38,633 nt of DNA from Paraspadella gotoi. Taxonomy: Eukaryota > Animalia > Chaetognatha. The DNA is taken from assembly GCA_051294375.1 (NCBI GenBank), contig JBJCIZ010000089.1, positions 2,441-41,073 on the forward strand, read 5' to 3'. The notes below the pieces were generated by a model. It was not told the origin of the DNA, did not search any database, and was given only the letters and a program-made list of their open reading frames with translations. This document shows, in pieces, positions 23,164 to 36,308 of the stretch; the stretch's first letter is position 1; the number at the start of each line of letters is the position of its first letter. Position numbers and translations under genes: made by a program.

Positions 23164-24001
23164 AATGATTGTGAAAATTTGTACAGTTTTTTGTTGTGAA
23201 AGAAGGAGAGAGACGAGTGAAGAGAGGGGCAAAGTTTCCAACACAGAGTTGAGAAAAACGAATAGTGGCAAGTGGTGAGGAACAGTTGAAATAGGGACTG
23301 ATAGAGATTTTTTGTCATGAAATACGATGAAATGGTCAGAGTGAGAGAGATGGGAGAGAGAGGGAAGAGGAGGAGAGGAGAGAGACCAGAGACAGGAAAG
23401 AGCAAAAAATATTACATTTCAAAGTACAAAAATAAGTTTTTAAACCTTATTAACAATTAACTATTTAATAAATAAATAAGTGAAGGTGAAAATGAAATGT
23501 GAAGTGAGAAGATACCATTTAGTGTAAAGAATGTTAATAAGTTAGAATTTAAGAATTAAGATAGAGCTCAAAGTGACTGGCCCCCCTTGGTTTGGACCAA
23601 ATGAGAGTGCTTGGGCGATGGGCTTGGGTCATTGGCTGTCATTGGTTGAGAGGACAATGAAACCGAATATTTTATTGTCGGGCTAGGGAGGCTTCCTTGC
23701 GGAAACATTCCAGTGTCACTCGAATGTCTCTTGGCCTGATACGCCTGCCAGCTGCCTCTTTCGCCTGGTGACGAGGTGGCGGTTGTCAGTTTCTTGCCAC
23801 TTTGTGACAGGGAGTGCTGGACTCTCCCCCTCCTCCTGGAGCCGTCGTTTTGGTCGACGCTCGCTCCCAGAGAGGGATGAGTTGCTACAGTCGAGGAAGG
23901 CATCGCCTGCCCATTGCCTTGCGTAAAGGTCTCGCCTGTCACGTTAGTAGCAACAGGGAATCATTGTGCGGACGTGGTGGAGCGGGCTTCCACCATGCTT
24001 T

Positions 24002-24367
24002 TTATAACGAATCATAGCTTGGAGGGAGTCGAATCGTCCTCCATCACGGTTCAAAGAGGTTCAAGAGCTTTGATAAGATTGCCTCCTAACATACTTTGAG
24101 AACCATTCGGTCATGGGACACGCAGAGACAGTCTGACTCTCTAAATGAGTGGCCATGTTTGCTGTGTGCCAGCAACAGCGGGACAGGAAGTGCCCCGCGA
24201 GGTCACGGCGGGTTTCGTATGGTGCTGGAACCGACCGTCAGAGACTTCCTGTCTCGCCCACGTATGCTGCTGTGCAGGGTTGGTTGCCCGCTCCTGCACA
24301 GCCGCCCAATAGACGCTCCTGATGTTTTGGTCTGGGGATTTTATCTTATCGGTTTCACCAATTGCTC
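24002..24367 (-). pseudogene. Frameshifted Penelope GIY-YIG endonuclease domain
   Basis: Manual minus-strand translation across frameshifts: LVKP..DKIP..SG.VYW..CTAAYVGETG (YVGETG at 24247-24264)..KHGHSF..EAI.IKALEP.LNRDGG (LNRDGG at 24037-24054)..LPPSYDSL*. Absent from the ORF track. Confidence 0.85.
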
Positions 24368-24449
24368 ACGCTTGATCCGGTTGTTTGTTTAAACGTACAA
24401 AATGCATAAACGAATTAATAATTACAATCACCATTATGAATATATCTCA

Positions 24450-26494
24450 AACGAAAGTACAATTTTGTAGATTCTAGAAATACAATGATATTAATGCACT
24501 AAAAGACTTACAAGTGACCGGCGAAAAACATATCAATTTACAAGGAATTCAATATCTTTGAGTCTGTGCTATTTTCTTGCGTTTCTTGATCGTCTGTTTT
24601 CACCGCTCGGCCAATGGAGCGCCGAGCGGACTTTTATTTCCTTGTCGCTGATCCGCTGAGACAGCGTTTCATGGCCCCCCCCAAGACGACGTCCCGATAG
24701 GAATGAGATTGATCAGCATAACGGAGTGGAGGGCGACGATCTCTCTCGGCCTCGTCTTTGATGAAGACTTGAATTTCGGGCACTGCGATGGCGGGCTGCG
24801 TGGCATCCTCGTCGACCGCGGGTTGCGTGGCGTCGTCGTCCGCGTTCCGGAGTTGACGAGTGGGTGGACGGCCGCGTCTCGGAGGCGCCGCAGGAATGGT
24901 CGGGACGCCGCTTGCGTCGTCGACGAAAGGTTTGAGGCGGTCGATGGAGACATCATCGAGGCGGCCCGCGAAGTCGAGGCGAAAAAACTTGGTGCCTCGA
25001 GAGACAATCTCGAACGGGCCGTCATAGATCTGCGCCAGAGGGCCGCGATGAGCGTCGCGGCGGACAAGGGCGAAACGGCAACTTTGGAGGCCGCTCGGGA
25101 TCTTCTGGGGATGCTCAGCGTGGCGCGTCCCGTCGACCGGTCGGAGGGCGTCCATCTCGCGACGCAGAGCCTGGAGCAGCGCGTCTGGATCAGGTGGAAG
25201 CGCACCGTCAGGAACGAATTCAGCGGGTAGCGCCAAATCTTCTCCATATACCAGCTCTGCTGAAGAAGCATTGAGGTCGGCCTTGTGAGACGAACGGAGG
25301 CCTAGGAGAACCCAGGGAAGTTTGTCGACCCAGTCGACGCCAGATAGCTTGGCGCGGAGCGATGCCTTGAGGTCCCGGTGGAACCTCTCCACCATGCCGT
25401 TGGCTTGTGGATGATATGACGTCGTGTGGTGCAGGTTGGAGCCAAGAGACGCCGCCAGTTGACGCCAGAGTTTGGATACAAACTGGGCGCCGCGATCCGA
25501 CGTTATGTGGAGAGGCACGCCGAAACGCGCAATCCATCCGATGGAGAAAGCTTGAACTACCGACGTCGTCTTGATGTCGGTTAAAGGCAGAGCTTCTGGC
25601 CAACGGGTGAAACGGTCCACCATGGTGAGGAGGTAAGAGGCGCCGCGAGAGACCGGAAGTGGCCCCACCAGGTCGACATGGATGTGCTGGAATCGTCTTG
25701 TTGGCGGGGCGAAGGATTCCAGGGGCGCTGAGGCGTGGACACGGACCCTTGATTTCTGACACTGAGTGCACGCGCGCGCCCAAGCAGCGACATCCTTTGT
25801 GACGCCGGGCCAGACGAATCTCTTTGAGACCAGAGCTTTTGACGTCTTGATTCCAGGATGAGACAAGTTGTGGACAGCGTCGAAAACGTCCCGGCGCCAT
25901 TGACGAGGCACCAAAGGACGAGCGACGCCGGTTGCGACATCGCAAATGACCACGACGCCGTCAAGAGATGCCTCTTTCAGGACCAATGCCGTCTTTTCAG
26001 CGCGAAGGAGGCGCTGAACATCCGGGTCCGTCTTCTGGTCGTTGGCGAGGGCGTCAAAAGTTGAGGGGCCGGAGCCGACCACCACCGCCACTCTCCTGAA
26101 TGACGACGCGAAGCGGTCGGCGACGACGTGGACTTGCCCGAGATGTGGGGAATTGGTCGTATACTCGAGAATGGCGGCGAGTTGATTCGCCTGCCGGCAG
26201 ACTTGCTGTCGGTTTCTTCGCGATGGATGGAACCAACTCACGTGATCCGTGAAATAGCGTGAACGGGCGCCCTCGAGAAAATACGGAAATGGCGGACGGC
26301 AAGTGCGCCGCAAGAGCTCCCGGTCGTAAGGAGGATAGCGTTGTTGCCGTTCTATGCCAATGGTTTGGAGAAAAAAAGGCGAGCGGACGCCAATGGCCGC
26401 CGACGTTTTGTTCCAACACGCCACCAATGGCGACGTCAGAGGCGTCAACCGTGAGGGCGGTTGGCGCGCCCGTCACCGGGTGGATCAGCATCGT
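24450..26494 (-). mobile_element. Ty3/gypsy 3' portion: RNase H, integrase, PPT and 3' LTR; truncated at 26494
   Basis: TALTVDASDVAIGGVLEQ (RH). G8 polypurine tract at 24675-24682, then LTR start TGAAAC at 24671. The distal end of the LTR was not resolved. Confidence 0.9.
24634..26060 (-). CDS. pol: Gypsy integrase (C-terminal part of Pol; upstream RH region is frameshifted)
   Basis: HNLSHPG..CTQC zinc motif; IHVDLVGP, ITSDRG and GMVERFHR (DDE); YDGPFEIV (GPY/F). Confidence 0.9.
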
Positions 26495-26496
26495 AA

Positions 26497-28335
26497 AGAG
26501 AAATCTCCAAGCTGGAAAAATTCCCTCCCAAAATACGCGGAAAAAAAAAATTTCCTCCCCCACCACGGGGATATTCTCCCATGCGGGATTCCTCCACACG
26601 GGATTCCTCCCATGCGGGATTCCTCCACACGGGATTCCTCCCACACGAGATCCTCCACACGAGATTACCTCCACACGGAATTCCTCCACGCGGGATTCCT
26701 CCATGCGGGATTCCTCCCAACCGCGGGATTCCGCCCACAACTGGATTCCTCCCACCGCGGGATTCCTCCCAGTGGGATTCCTCCAGCGGATTCCCCATGC
26801 GGGATTTCCTCCCACGCGGCGATTCCTCCGCACACGCGGATTCCTCCCACTGCGGGATTCCTCCTCACACGGATTCTCCCACACGGATCCTCCCACGCGG
26901 ATTGCCTTACACAGGATTCCTCCCACGCGGGATTTTCCCACGTCCAATAACAAAAAACAAGTTTTGAGCAAACATGTCGGATCTGCTACGATAAATTAAG
27001 CTGGTAATGAAGCTAGACTTGGTCGAACTTGCATAATTTAATCAACTTGCATTATTGGTCAACTGGCATACGTTGGTCACTGACAAATGGTAAACCTGCA
27101 TAATTGTACAACTGGCATAATTTGGTCAACATGCGATAATTTGGTCTAACTTGCAGAACTTGATTCAACTTGCAAATTTTGTCATTGCAAAATTTGGTAA
27201 ATCAATTCATATCAATCAATCAGAGAGAGATAGAAGAGAGAGAAACTTTAAAAAATCAAATAAATGTGCTTTTGGTTTTCTATATTTTGAGACTCTTGTC
27301 ACGCGTACGGATTACATCAAAAAGATTTATATTCCAGCTTTATCACTTATTTCCTATCCACTTTTTAATCGAAAGTTTGTATTTTAATGAATCAATTTTT
27401 TTCCTGGACACAAGAACATGCAACAAGAAGAGTTAATCACAATATTTAACAGGCAGGAATCCGTGTTGAGGAATCGCGTGTGGGAGGAATCGTGTGGGAG
27501 AATCCTGCGTGGAGGAGATCCCGTGTGGGAGGAATCTGTGTGGGAGGAATTCCCGTGTGGCAGGAATCCTGTGTGGGAGAATCGCTCGTGTGGGACGGAA
27601 ATCCCGCTGGGAGGAATCCCGTGTGGGAGGAATCCTGTGCTGGAGTAATCCGCGTGGGAGGCATCCCGTTGGAGAATGCCCGCGTGGGAGGAATCCCGTT
27701 GGAGGAATCCCGTGTGGAGGAATCCCGCCGTGGGAGGAATCCTGCGTGAGAATCCCGCGTGGGAGGAGGAATCCGTGTGGGAGGAATCCGTGTGGGAGGA
27801 ATCCGCGTTGGGAGGAATCCGTGTGGGAGGAATCCCGCGTGGGAAGGAAATCCCGTGTGGAGGAATCCGTGTGGGAGGAATCCCGCGTGGGAGGAATCCC
27901 GTGTGGGCAGGAATCCAGCGTGGGAGGAATTCTTTGGGGGAGAATCGCCGTGTGGGAGGAATCTCCGTGTGGGAGGAATTCTATGGAGAATCCATGGGGA
28001 GAAATCCGTTGAAGGAACTCCTTGGGGAGGAATTCCGTGTGGGAGGAACTCAACGCGGGGGAGGAATCCCGTGTGGGGAGGAATCCCGTGTGGGAGAACC
28101 CAATGGGGAGGAATCCGCGTGGAGGAATCTCCGTAATGGGATGAATCTCAGTTGGAGGAATCCCGTGGCTGGAAGTAATAACTCACAGCCACCAATAATT
28201 ATCTATTGGCAAAACGTAACAGAGAGACAGTAAAACGTACAAGGACTGAAGAGGATACGCGGGCACTTTGACCAATAAAGAAGGTGGATCAAAGTCGGCT
28301 TCCCCGAGTACCACATTTTCGTGACCAACTGGGGT
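26497..28335 (-). repeat. Inverted copy of [3290-3995]+[16753-~18000] lacking the long-TIR insertion; arrays at 26500-26945 and 27452-28170
   Basis: 26945-27450 is the reverse complement of 16978-17490; 28190-28335 is the reverse complement of 3290-3435; the array is continuous at ~27660. Confidence 0.85.
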
Positions 28336-31300
28336 TAATACCCGTGGCAACGAAAATTCATCACCACAGGTGTCTTTTAACCTCTCTTCTAAAAATATTT
28401 TTCGTGGTAGTTTCCCTTGATAATTGACCTTCAAAAAAAAAAAATTCAAACATTAACGGGCTATTCAGTGGGCCTGCTATCCCGCAACTTCTTTACCCTC
28501 TCGCAGCCATGAACTGATCATTGGGCTTGGAACAAAATAGAGTCTTTTTTTTAAATAAAAAACACAAGTTTGTAAAACAAACTAAACTTTTATTTTCTCC
28601 TTAGGTAAAAACGCAACGAAAAGAAGTCTAACACAAAGAACTACCTATAAATTACTTACTATACAAAGTTTACCTGGGTGGCACAATTTCTTCTTTTGAC
28701 TTTTAAAGGGCTCGCCAAATCCTTTATGGTGGGCCGTAAATTTGGTTCTATGGCCCGTCGTTTTGACTACTATAAAATCTCTTTTTTTAGGTTTTCAAGC
28801 ATTGTTAGCGATTCTTTCTGTTCGTGTGTTAGAATTTAGGAAAAAACAGTTTTAAAAAGGCAACAACGAATTTTATTGTGTAGAATCGCACCAGTGTCGA
28901 ACCCTCGTCTTAAGATCTTCAATCTTTCACCTGTCCTCACATCTGAAACCATGTCCTTCTAAAATTCTTTTTGAAATCTGCCCTTTCTATCTCTCTCTCT
29001 CTCAAAAACTAATATTAAAAGAGAGAAAATTGTTTGATATTAAATCGCTGATGAACGACTCTTAAGACAGAGCGAAACTTAGACTACTTTGTGGCAGTGG
29101 TTATTACTCCCTGAAAACAACACGGGAATTCTCTCAACTGGATTCCTCCCACACGGGAATCCTCCCATTGGATTCCTCCTACAACGGATTCTCACCGCGG
29201 GATTACTCCCACCAGAATTCCTCCCCAAGGAATTTTCACACGGATTCTCCCCATGGAATTCCCCGCACGCGGATTCCTCCACCCGAGATTGCCTCTCACA
29301 CAGGATTCTCCAAGTTGGAATTTCCTCCCACACGGGATTCCTCCCAAAACAGGATTCCTTCCATGAGGGATTCCTCCCACACCAATTTCTCCCAACACAG
29401 GATTCCTCCACACGGATTCTCCACCAGATTCCTCCCACACAGGATCCTCCCTTAAATTATATTAACTTTCTTGTTGCATGAGGAGGAAACGTGGGAGGAA
29501 CCCCGGGAGGGAGAATCCCCTAGGGAGGAATCCGCGATGGAGAATCTTGAGGAATCCGTGTGGGAAGAATTTCTTTTGGGAGAATCCGGTGTGGGGAGCC
29601 AACTTCTCCTTGGAGGAACCCGTGTGGGAGGAAACCCTGTGGGGAGAATCCGGAGAGGGAGAATCCGTTGGGAGTAATCCCGTGTGGAGGAATCCCAATG
29701 AAACCTATATATATATTATTAAGTCAGGTATTGTTGTACCAATTTCATTAAATATGTCATCAGAAACTTTCTCCGGAATGATTAGATAAGCAAAGTGAGA
29801 TCCTAGAAATCAGAAAGGAAAATAGATTGTTCAAGTAGCACACACTAGATTAATATATATATCATCGCAGGAAGACTCAACCTCACCAAAAGGGAAATCA
29901 AATATAAAATCAAACCGAAGATCCAAAATAAAAGATCGGAGTTAGGATAAAACCCAGATTTCAGAATCATTGATGGATATGTCGAGAGGAGCAAGAATGG
30001 ACGACCAATCAGCTTCAGAAAATGGAAACGTCAAAATCACTCTTGCCTCGATCTACTTCTCTAGATATAAAAATAGACCTAGCTTCCCTATTCAGTTATA
30101 ATTGATGCTGGACTCCTGTGTATCCACCGTCACATTTTTCTCAGAATAAATCACGTTCAATTCGTCCGATTTTTTCTTTCAATGTGTGGCAAGCCTTGCG
30201 ATTCGAAACAACGCCTCCTCAGATGACTGATATATATCATACATCTGTTTTTTTTAACCATGCATCGAAATTTCACAATCCGTCAGTTCTATATAATTTT
30301 AACAGCTTAACGATAACAAGGTTCGCAATACAGATTGCATTAGACTACGCACAATTACCGGAATTGGCGTGGACTATTACAATATTCAAATTTTTTATTT
30401 TTTCTAATGCAAATTAGGCATACGTGTTTTTTACTTAGCCTGCAATTAGTATATATTATTTATGTAAATTTTAGAGAGAATACCCTATTTTTAAGTTTTC
30501 CAGGTGAAGCGAGAAGAGAAACCATATCCCTGCATCAAACAGTTAATCAGATTTATAATTTTCTTTGCTTTCCTTATTTGTGGTATTCCTTTCGGTTCGG
30601 TTGTGTTTTGGTATTTAGCGAAAACAAAGTTAGATTTGTACTTACAACATTTTATTTAATATAACAGACATGTTTCGACCTCTTGTTCGAGTTCATCATG
30701 TTTTGACAGACTATCAAAAATTTTCAAAAGTAAATGGAGAGAGAGAGAGAGACAGAGTTAAAGTTTCCAACAATAAGTGGTGAGACGAATGAGCGTCAGA
30801 GGTGAGGACAGAAGTAAATGGTCAAACATGAGAGAGAGAGAGACAAGAGAGAGAGAGACAGATCCAGCAATAAAAAATTATCCATTTAAATACATTAGTG
30901 ACATCCTTTCTTTCGTCGCGTTTTGATTGAAAGAGTTTTAAGTAGTACAAACAAACGATTTTATTTAAACAGTGAAAAATTTTTTTTCAAATATCTATCC
31001 TCTCGTCTCTCTGGCCTAAACCTAACCTGTCTCACCTCGACCTCTATCTTTTCTCAATCTTGTTTAAAATTTTTCTCTCTCTTCTCTCTTCCTTTTCCCT
31101 ACTCAGCAACCTAAATTCTCACTCTCTCTTCTTTCTCTCCTCTCTCCTCCCAAATATTGTTAGAAGTAAAAAACTTGTTACAATTCATAAATGCGGATGA
31201 AGATGAATAAAGGTTGATAGGTTTCATATAGATTTAAAAGTTCATTTATTACTTTCATACTATATATGTTGATCTTATAAACAAATCATTTTTCAGGCAG

Positions 31301-32982
31301 TTCTTGTAAGTTCTTCTCTCTCTTTCTCTCTCTTCTCTCTTTTCTGGACACAATTTACCTTTACTCTGGACGCCTTTAAAATGATTAGTTCATCAATCAA
31401 ATGTTTGCAAAAAAGTAAGAAAATTATACTTTTAAACCCCCACGAATTGCTTAATACTAAATATTTTTTTATTCCTTAGTTTATATGCTTAATACAAATC
31501 ATTATTCCTGTGCAAATGATGTCTCTTTCAACCAACGGATAAGAATAATATTAATTCGAATTTAACAGTTACTAAGAACGAATCTTTGTAAATGATATTT
31601 ATTTTGTCTATTAGAGCTATGATAGTTTTTTATATATAATGATAATTCTTTTGATACACTATAATATGACAAGAAAAAACCATTATATTTTTAGTGATCA
31701 AAAACTATAATATTGCGTATTTTATCACTTTTGCGTACTTCCGGTTTTGGACACGCCCACTATGGGGTAAGAAGCTTTTTTTTAAAAAAATTTTAAAGTA
31801 AAACTATTAAATATAGAGTAACTTAAAATTGTAGGCAATATTATTTTTATAAAATATTTTCTATCTGCAATTAAAAAAAGAGAAAAATTCCATGTTTTAG
31901 TCACGTCCAACTTCCGGTCAATTGTGCGTAGGTCTAACTGCAAAATCTGATTGAGGACACCTTGTTAATCGTTTTAAGCACTTAAAATTATACTAGAAAC
32001 TGTACAGGATTGTGAAAATTTTCGACTGCATGGTTAAAAAAACAGTGTAATATATATATATATAAAGAAAGAAAATTAAAATCGTTAACTTTTAATATGC
32101 TAATTCCTGAGAAATTATTTTTCTCACCTCCTCAAACGCCCGGTCACAAAACGTTACCTTGGATTCTTTTTTGTATTGTTTGTTTACTTATGCATTATGT
32201 AAACTAAGTTTTTTTCTTTCCTCGCCTTATAAAATGAATGCCACCTTGTACAATTAGCCATTTGATTACTTCTCTTTTCTGATTCCCCTAATACGATAGA
32301 TGAGCAAAGTTGAGATCCTGAGAAATAGAAAGGAAAATATATTGTTCAAGTGGCTATTTAATAATATAATATAATAGCCACCTTGTAACAATTAGCCAAT
32401 TTGATTACATTCGCTTCTCTGATTTTAATAATCGATCATTTCGCTTTAATCGCCATTTTAATCTCGACCACCATCACTGTAAACTAGTCATTTAAGAGTA
32501 CTGAATGCAATTTAAAAAAAAATTTAATGTCCGAACGTATGTCAGTAAACCATATTGTCATATGCAGCCCCCTCAACCTCTTCCTCTCTCTGGGAAGTTT
32601 GTTTTTCAATTTCAATTTCTCTGGGATCCAGTATCGCGTTCCGGGATCGAGAATCACTCCACTTTCTTATTTATAGCGCGTATTAGTATCAGGGCAACGA
32701 TGCTTTTAAGCGTTATTTAGCTCCTTAACGACATCTATTTATCTAATTTTTTCCTAGGCTTTTAAAAAGTTTTTATAAAGGGCACTTTTAATTGTAACGT
32801 AAAGTTTATATCGAAAAATAATAACCAGCACAATTGCAAAATTACATTATGTTAAACTATCTGCGATCGGACCTATCGAAAGCATGGTAATTTTACCCTA
32901 CGCTGATCCGGTGTTTGTTTAAAGTTATCAAAAATGCAATAAAACGAATTAATAATTACAATCAACCATTATGAATATACTC

Positions 32983-34273
32983 TTGGCAAAATGATTTTTG
33001 TTTCACAACGAATTTTATTTAATCAATAAACGTACATGTTCGGCTTTGGATGCAAGCCTTCTTCAGCGCAATGATTGTGAAAATTTGTACAGTTTTTTGT
33101 TGTGAAAGAAGGAGAGAGACGAGTGAAGAGAGGGGCAAAGTTTCCAACACAGAGTTGAGAAAAACGAATAGTGGCAAGTGGTGAGGAACAGTTGAAATAG
33201 GGACTGATAGAGATTTTTTGTCATGAAATACGATGAAATGGTCAGAGTGAGAGAGATGGGAGAGAGAGGGAAGAGGAGGAGAGGAGAGAGACCAGAGACA
33301 GGAAAGAGCAAAAAATATTACATTTCAAAGTACAAAAATAAGTTTTTAAACCTTATTAACAATTAACTATTTAATAAATAAATAAGTGAAGGTGAAAATG
33401 AAATGTGAAGTGAGAAGATACCATTTAGTGTAAAGAATGTTAATAAGTTAGAATTTAAGAATTAAGATAGAGCTCAAAGTGACTGGCCCCCCTTGGTTTG
33501 GACCAAATGAGAGTGCTTGGGCGATGGGCTTGGGTCATTGGCTGTCATTGGTTGAGAGGACAATGAAACCGAATATTTTATTGTCGGGCTAGGGAGGCTT
33601 CCTTGCGGAAACATTCCAGTGTCACTCGAATGTCTCTTGGCCTGATACGCCTGCCAGCTGCCTCTTTCGCCTGGTGACGAGGTGGCGGTTGTCAGTTTCT
33701 TGCCACTTTGTGACAGGGAGTGCTGGACTCTCCCCCTCCTCCTGGAGCCGTCGTTTTGGTCGACGCTCGCTCCCAGAGAGGGATGAGTTGCTACAGTCGA
33801 GGAAGGCATCGCCTGCCCATTGCCTTGCGTAAAGGTCTCGCCTGTCACGTTAGTAGCAACAGGGAATCATTGTGCGGACGTGGTGGAGCGGGCTTCCACC
33901 ATGCTTTTTATAACGAATCATAGCTTGGAGGGAGTCGAATCGTCCTCCATCACGGTTCAAAGAGGTTCAAGAGCTTTGATAAGATTGCCTCCTAACATAC
34001 TTTGAGAACCATTCGGTCATGGGACACGCAGAGACAGTCTGACTCTCTAAATGAGTGGCCATGTTTGCTGTGTGCCAGCAACAGCGGGACAGGAAGTGCC
34101 CCGCGAGGTCACGGCGGGTTTCGTATGGTGCTGGAACCGACCGTCAGAGACTTCCTGTCTCGCCCACGTATGCTGCTGTGCAGGGTTGGTTGCCCGCTCC
34201 TGCACAGCCGCCCAATAGACGCTCCTGATGTTTTGGTCTGGGGATTTTATCTTATCGGTTTCACCAATTGCTC
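32983..34273 (-). mobile_element. Second copy of the Penelope-like element (GIY-YIG 33908-34273; hammerhead 33030-33069)
   Basis: Appears identical to 23077-24367 at offset 9906. Confidence 0.85.
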
Positions 34274-34576
34274 ACGCTTGATCCGGTTGTTTGTTTAAAC
34301 GTACAAAATGCATAAACGAATTAATAATTACAATCACCATTATGAATATATCTCAAACGAAAGTACAATTTTGTAGATTCTAGAAATACAATGATATTAA
34401 TGCACTAAAAGACTTACAAGTGACCGGCGAAAAACATATCAATTTACAAGGAATTCAATATCTTTGAGTCTGTGCTATTTTCTTGCGTTTCTTGATCGTC
34501 TGTTTTCAGCCGGCTCGGCCAATGGCGCGTTGAGCGAGATATTTTTGTCCTTGTCGCTGATCCGACAGCGTCTTCA

Positions 34577-36283
34577 CTGCCCCCCCCAAGACGACGTCTC
34601 GGTAGGAGATGGAGGATTGATCAGGAATAAGCGTAGGGGGGCGACGGACCTCGTCGGCCTCGTGCTTGTTGAAGACGATTCTCGGGATCTCGGCGAGCGG
34701 GCTGCGTGGCTCTCTTCGTCAACTGCGGTGTGTGGCGTCGCGTCTGCGGCTGGGAGAGAGCGAGTGGGTGGCGGCCCGCTCGGGAGGCGCCGCGGATGTG
34801 GAGCGCCGCTGCGTCTTCGACAAACGGCTTGAGGCGGTCGACGAGACTCATCGAGGCGCCGCGCAAAGTCGAGGCGGAAAATTGTGCACCGGGAGACGAC
34901 CTCGAACGGGCCGTCGTAGACCTGGCGCAGAGGCCCGGTGAGCGTCGCGGCGGACCAAACAAACGGCAACTTTGAAGGCCGCTCGGGAATCTTTGGGGAT
35001 GATCTGCGTGGCGTGTGCCGTCGACCGGTCGAGGGCGTCCATTTCGCGCCGCAGGCCTTGCAGCAGCGCCATCAGGTGGAGCGCAGTGTGCCGTCGGATC
35101 GATCGCCGGGAGCGCCAGATCTTCTCCTAGACCAACTCTGCGAGGATGCTTTAGGTCGGCCTTGTGGACGAGCGGAGGCCCAGAAGACCAAGGGAGTTTG
35201 TCACCCAATCGCGCCAGAACTGGCGCGAGCGAGCGCTTTGAGGTCCCGGTGGAACCTCTCCACCATCCGTTGGCCTGGGTGATAAGATGTCGTATGGATG
35301 CAGCGTTGGCGCAGAGACGCGCCAGTTGCGCCACAGCTGGAACAAACTGGCCCGCGATCCGACGTTATGTGAAGTGGACGCCCGAAACGCGCGACCCACC
35401 GATGGAGAAGGCTTGCACTACCGCGTCGCCTGATTCAGACAAGGGCAACGCTCTGGCCACGGTAAAACGGTCCACCAGGTGAGAGAATAAGAGGCGCCGC
35501 GAGATACGGAGGGCCCGACAGAGTCACATGATGTTGGAATCTCTTGGGCGGGGCGAAACTCTCGAGCGGGCCGAGGCGTGGACGCGGACCTCTTGACCTT
35601 TTGACATGGGCAGCGCGGCGCCCAACGCGACGTCTTTGTGACGCCGGGCCAGACAATCTTTTAGAGACGAGTGATTTCGACGTCTTGATTCCGGATGAGA
35701 AAGTTTGGAGCGTCAAAACGTCCGGCGCCATTGCGAGGACCACCGACGGCGACGCCGGTTGCGACATCGCAATGACCGAGCCGTCAGAGAGAGCTCTTTC
35801 AGGACAAGCGTCTGTCCTTCAGCGCGAAGGAGGCGCTGTACATCCGGTCGGTCTTCTGGTCGTTGGCGATGCGGCGCGAAATCGAGGGGCCGAGAGCCGA
35901 CCACCACCGCCACTCTCCGAATGACAACGCGAAGCGGTCGGCGACGACGTGGACTTGCCCGAATGTGGGGAATGTCGTCGTATATCAGAGAATGGCGGCG
36001 AGTTGATTCGCCTGCTCGGCAGACTTGCTGTCGGTTTCTTCGCGATGGATGGAACCAACTCACGTGATCCGTGAAATAGCGTGAACGGGCGCCCTTCGAG
36101 AAAATACGGAATGGCGGACGGCAAGTGCGCCGCCAAGAGCTCCCGGTCGTAAGGAGGATAGCGTTGTTGCCGTTCATTGCAACGGTTGGGAGAAAAAGGC
36201 GAGGGACGCCAATGCCGCCGAGTTTTGTTCCAGAACGCCGCCGATGGCGATGTCAGAGCGTCAACGTGAGGGCGGTTGCGCGC
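34577..36283 (-). pseudogene. pol: RNase H-integrase region, heavily frameshifted
   Basis: Homologous to 24672-26470; fragments YFLEGRPFTL and QVYDGPFEVV are visible in different frames. Confidence 0.85.
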
Positions 36284-36308
36284 NNNNNNNNNNNNNNNNN
36301 NNNNNNNN
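36284..36308. other. Assembly gap (25 N), apparently near-zero true length
   Basis: The flanks GCGCGC and CCGTCACC are contiguous in the other copy (26464-26478). Confidence 0.95.

Larger units (their letters stand above)
23077..24367 (-). mobile_element. 5'-truncated Penelope-like retroelement
   Basis: GIY-YIG endonuclease remnant, then 3' UTR, CT-rich tract, hammerhead and AATAAA. Flanked by an ~80-bp direct repeat (22996-23076 and 24368-24448). Confidence 0.85.

Noticed and set aside
23568-24392. Track ORFs of 61-124 aa as host genes
   Set aside because: They overlie the Penelope 3' UTR or are antisense to the GIY-YIG remnant.
26054-26971. 305-aa repeat-RNase H fusion ORF
   Set aside because: Chance read-through from the minisatellite into the truncated gypsy RNase H at the 26494 junction.
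3348-29789. Dozens of overlapping ORFs rich in GGIP/RNPV/WEES/HTGFLP
   Set aside because: They are translations of the stop-poor 17-bp minisatellite, open in many frames on both strands.
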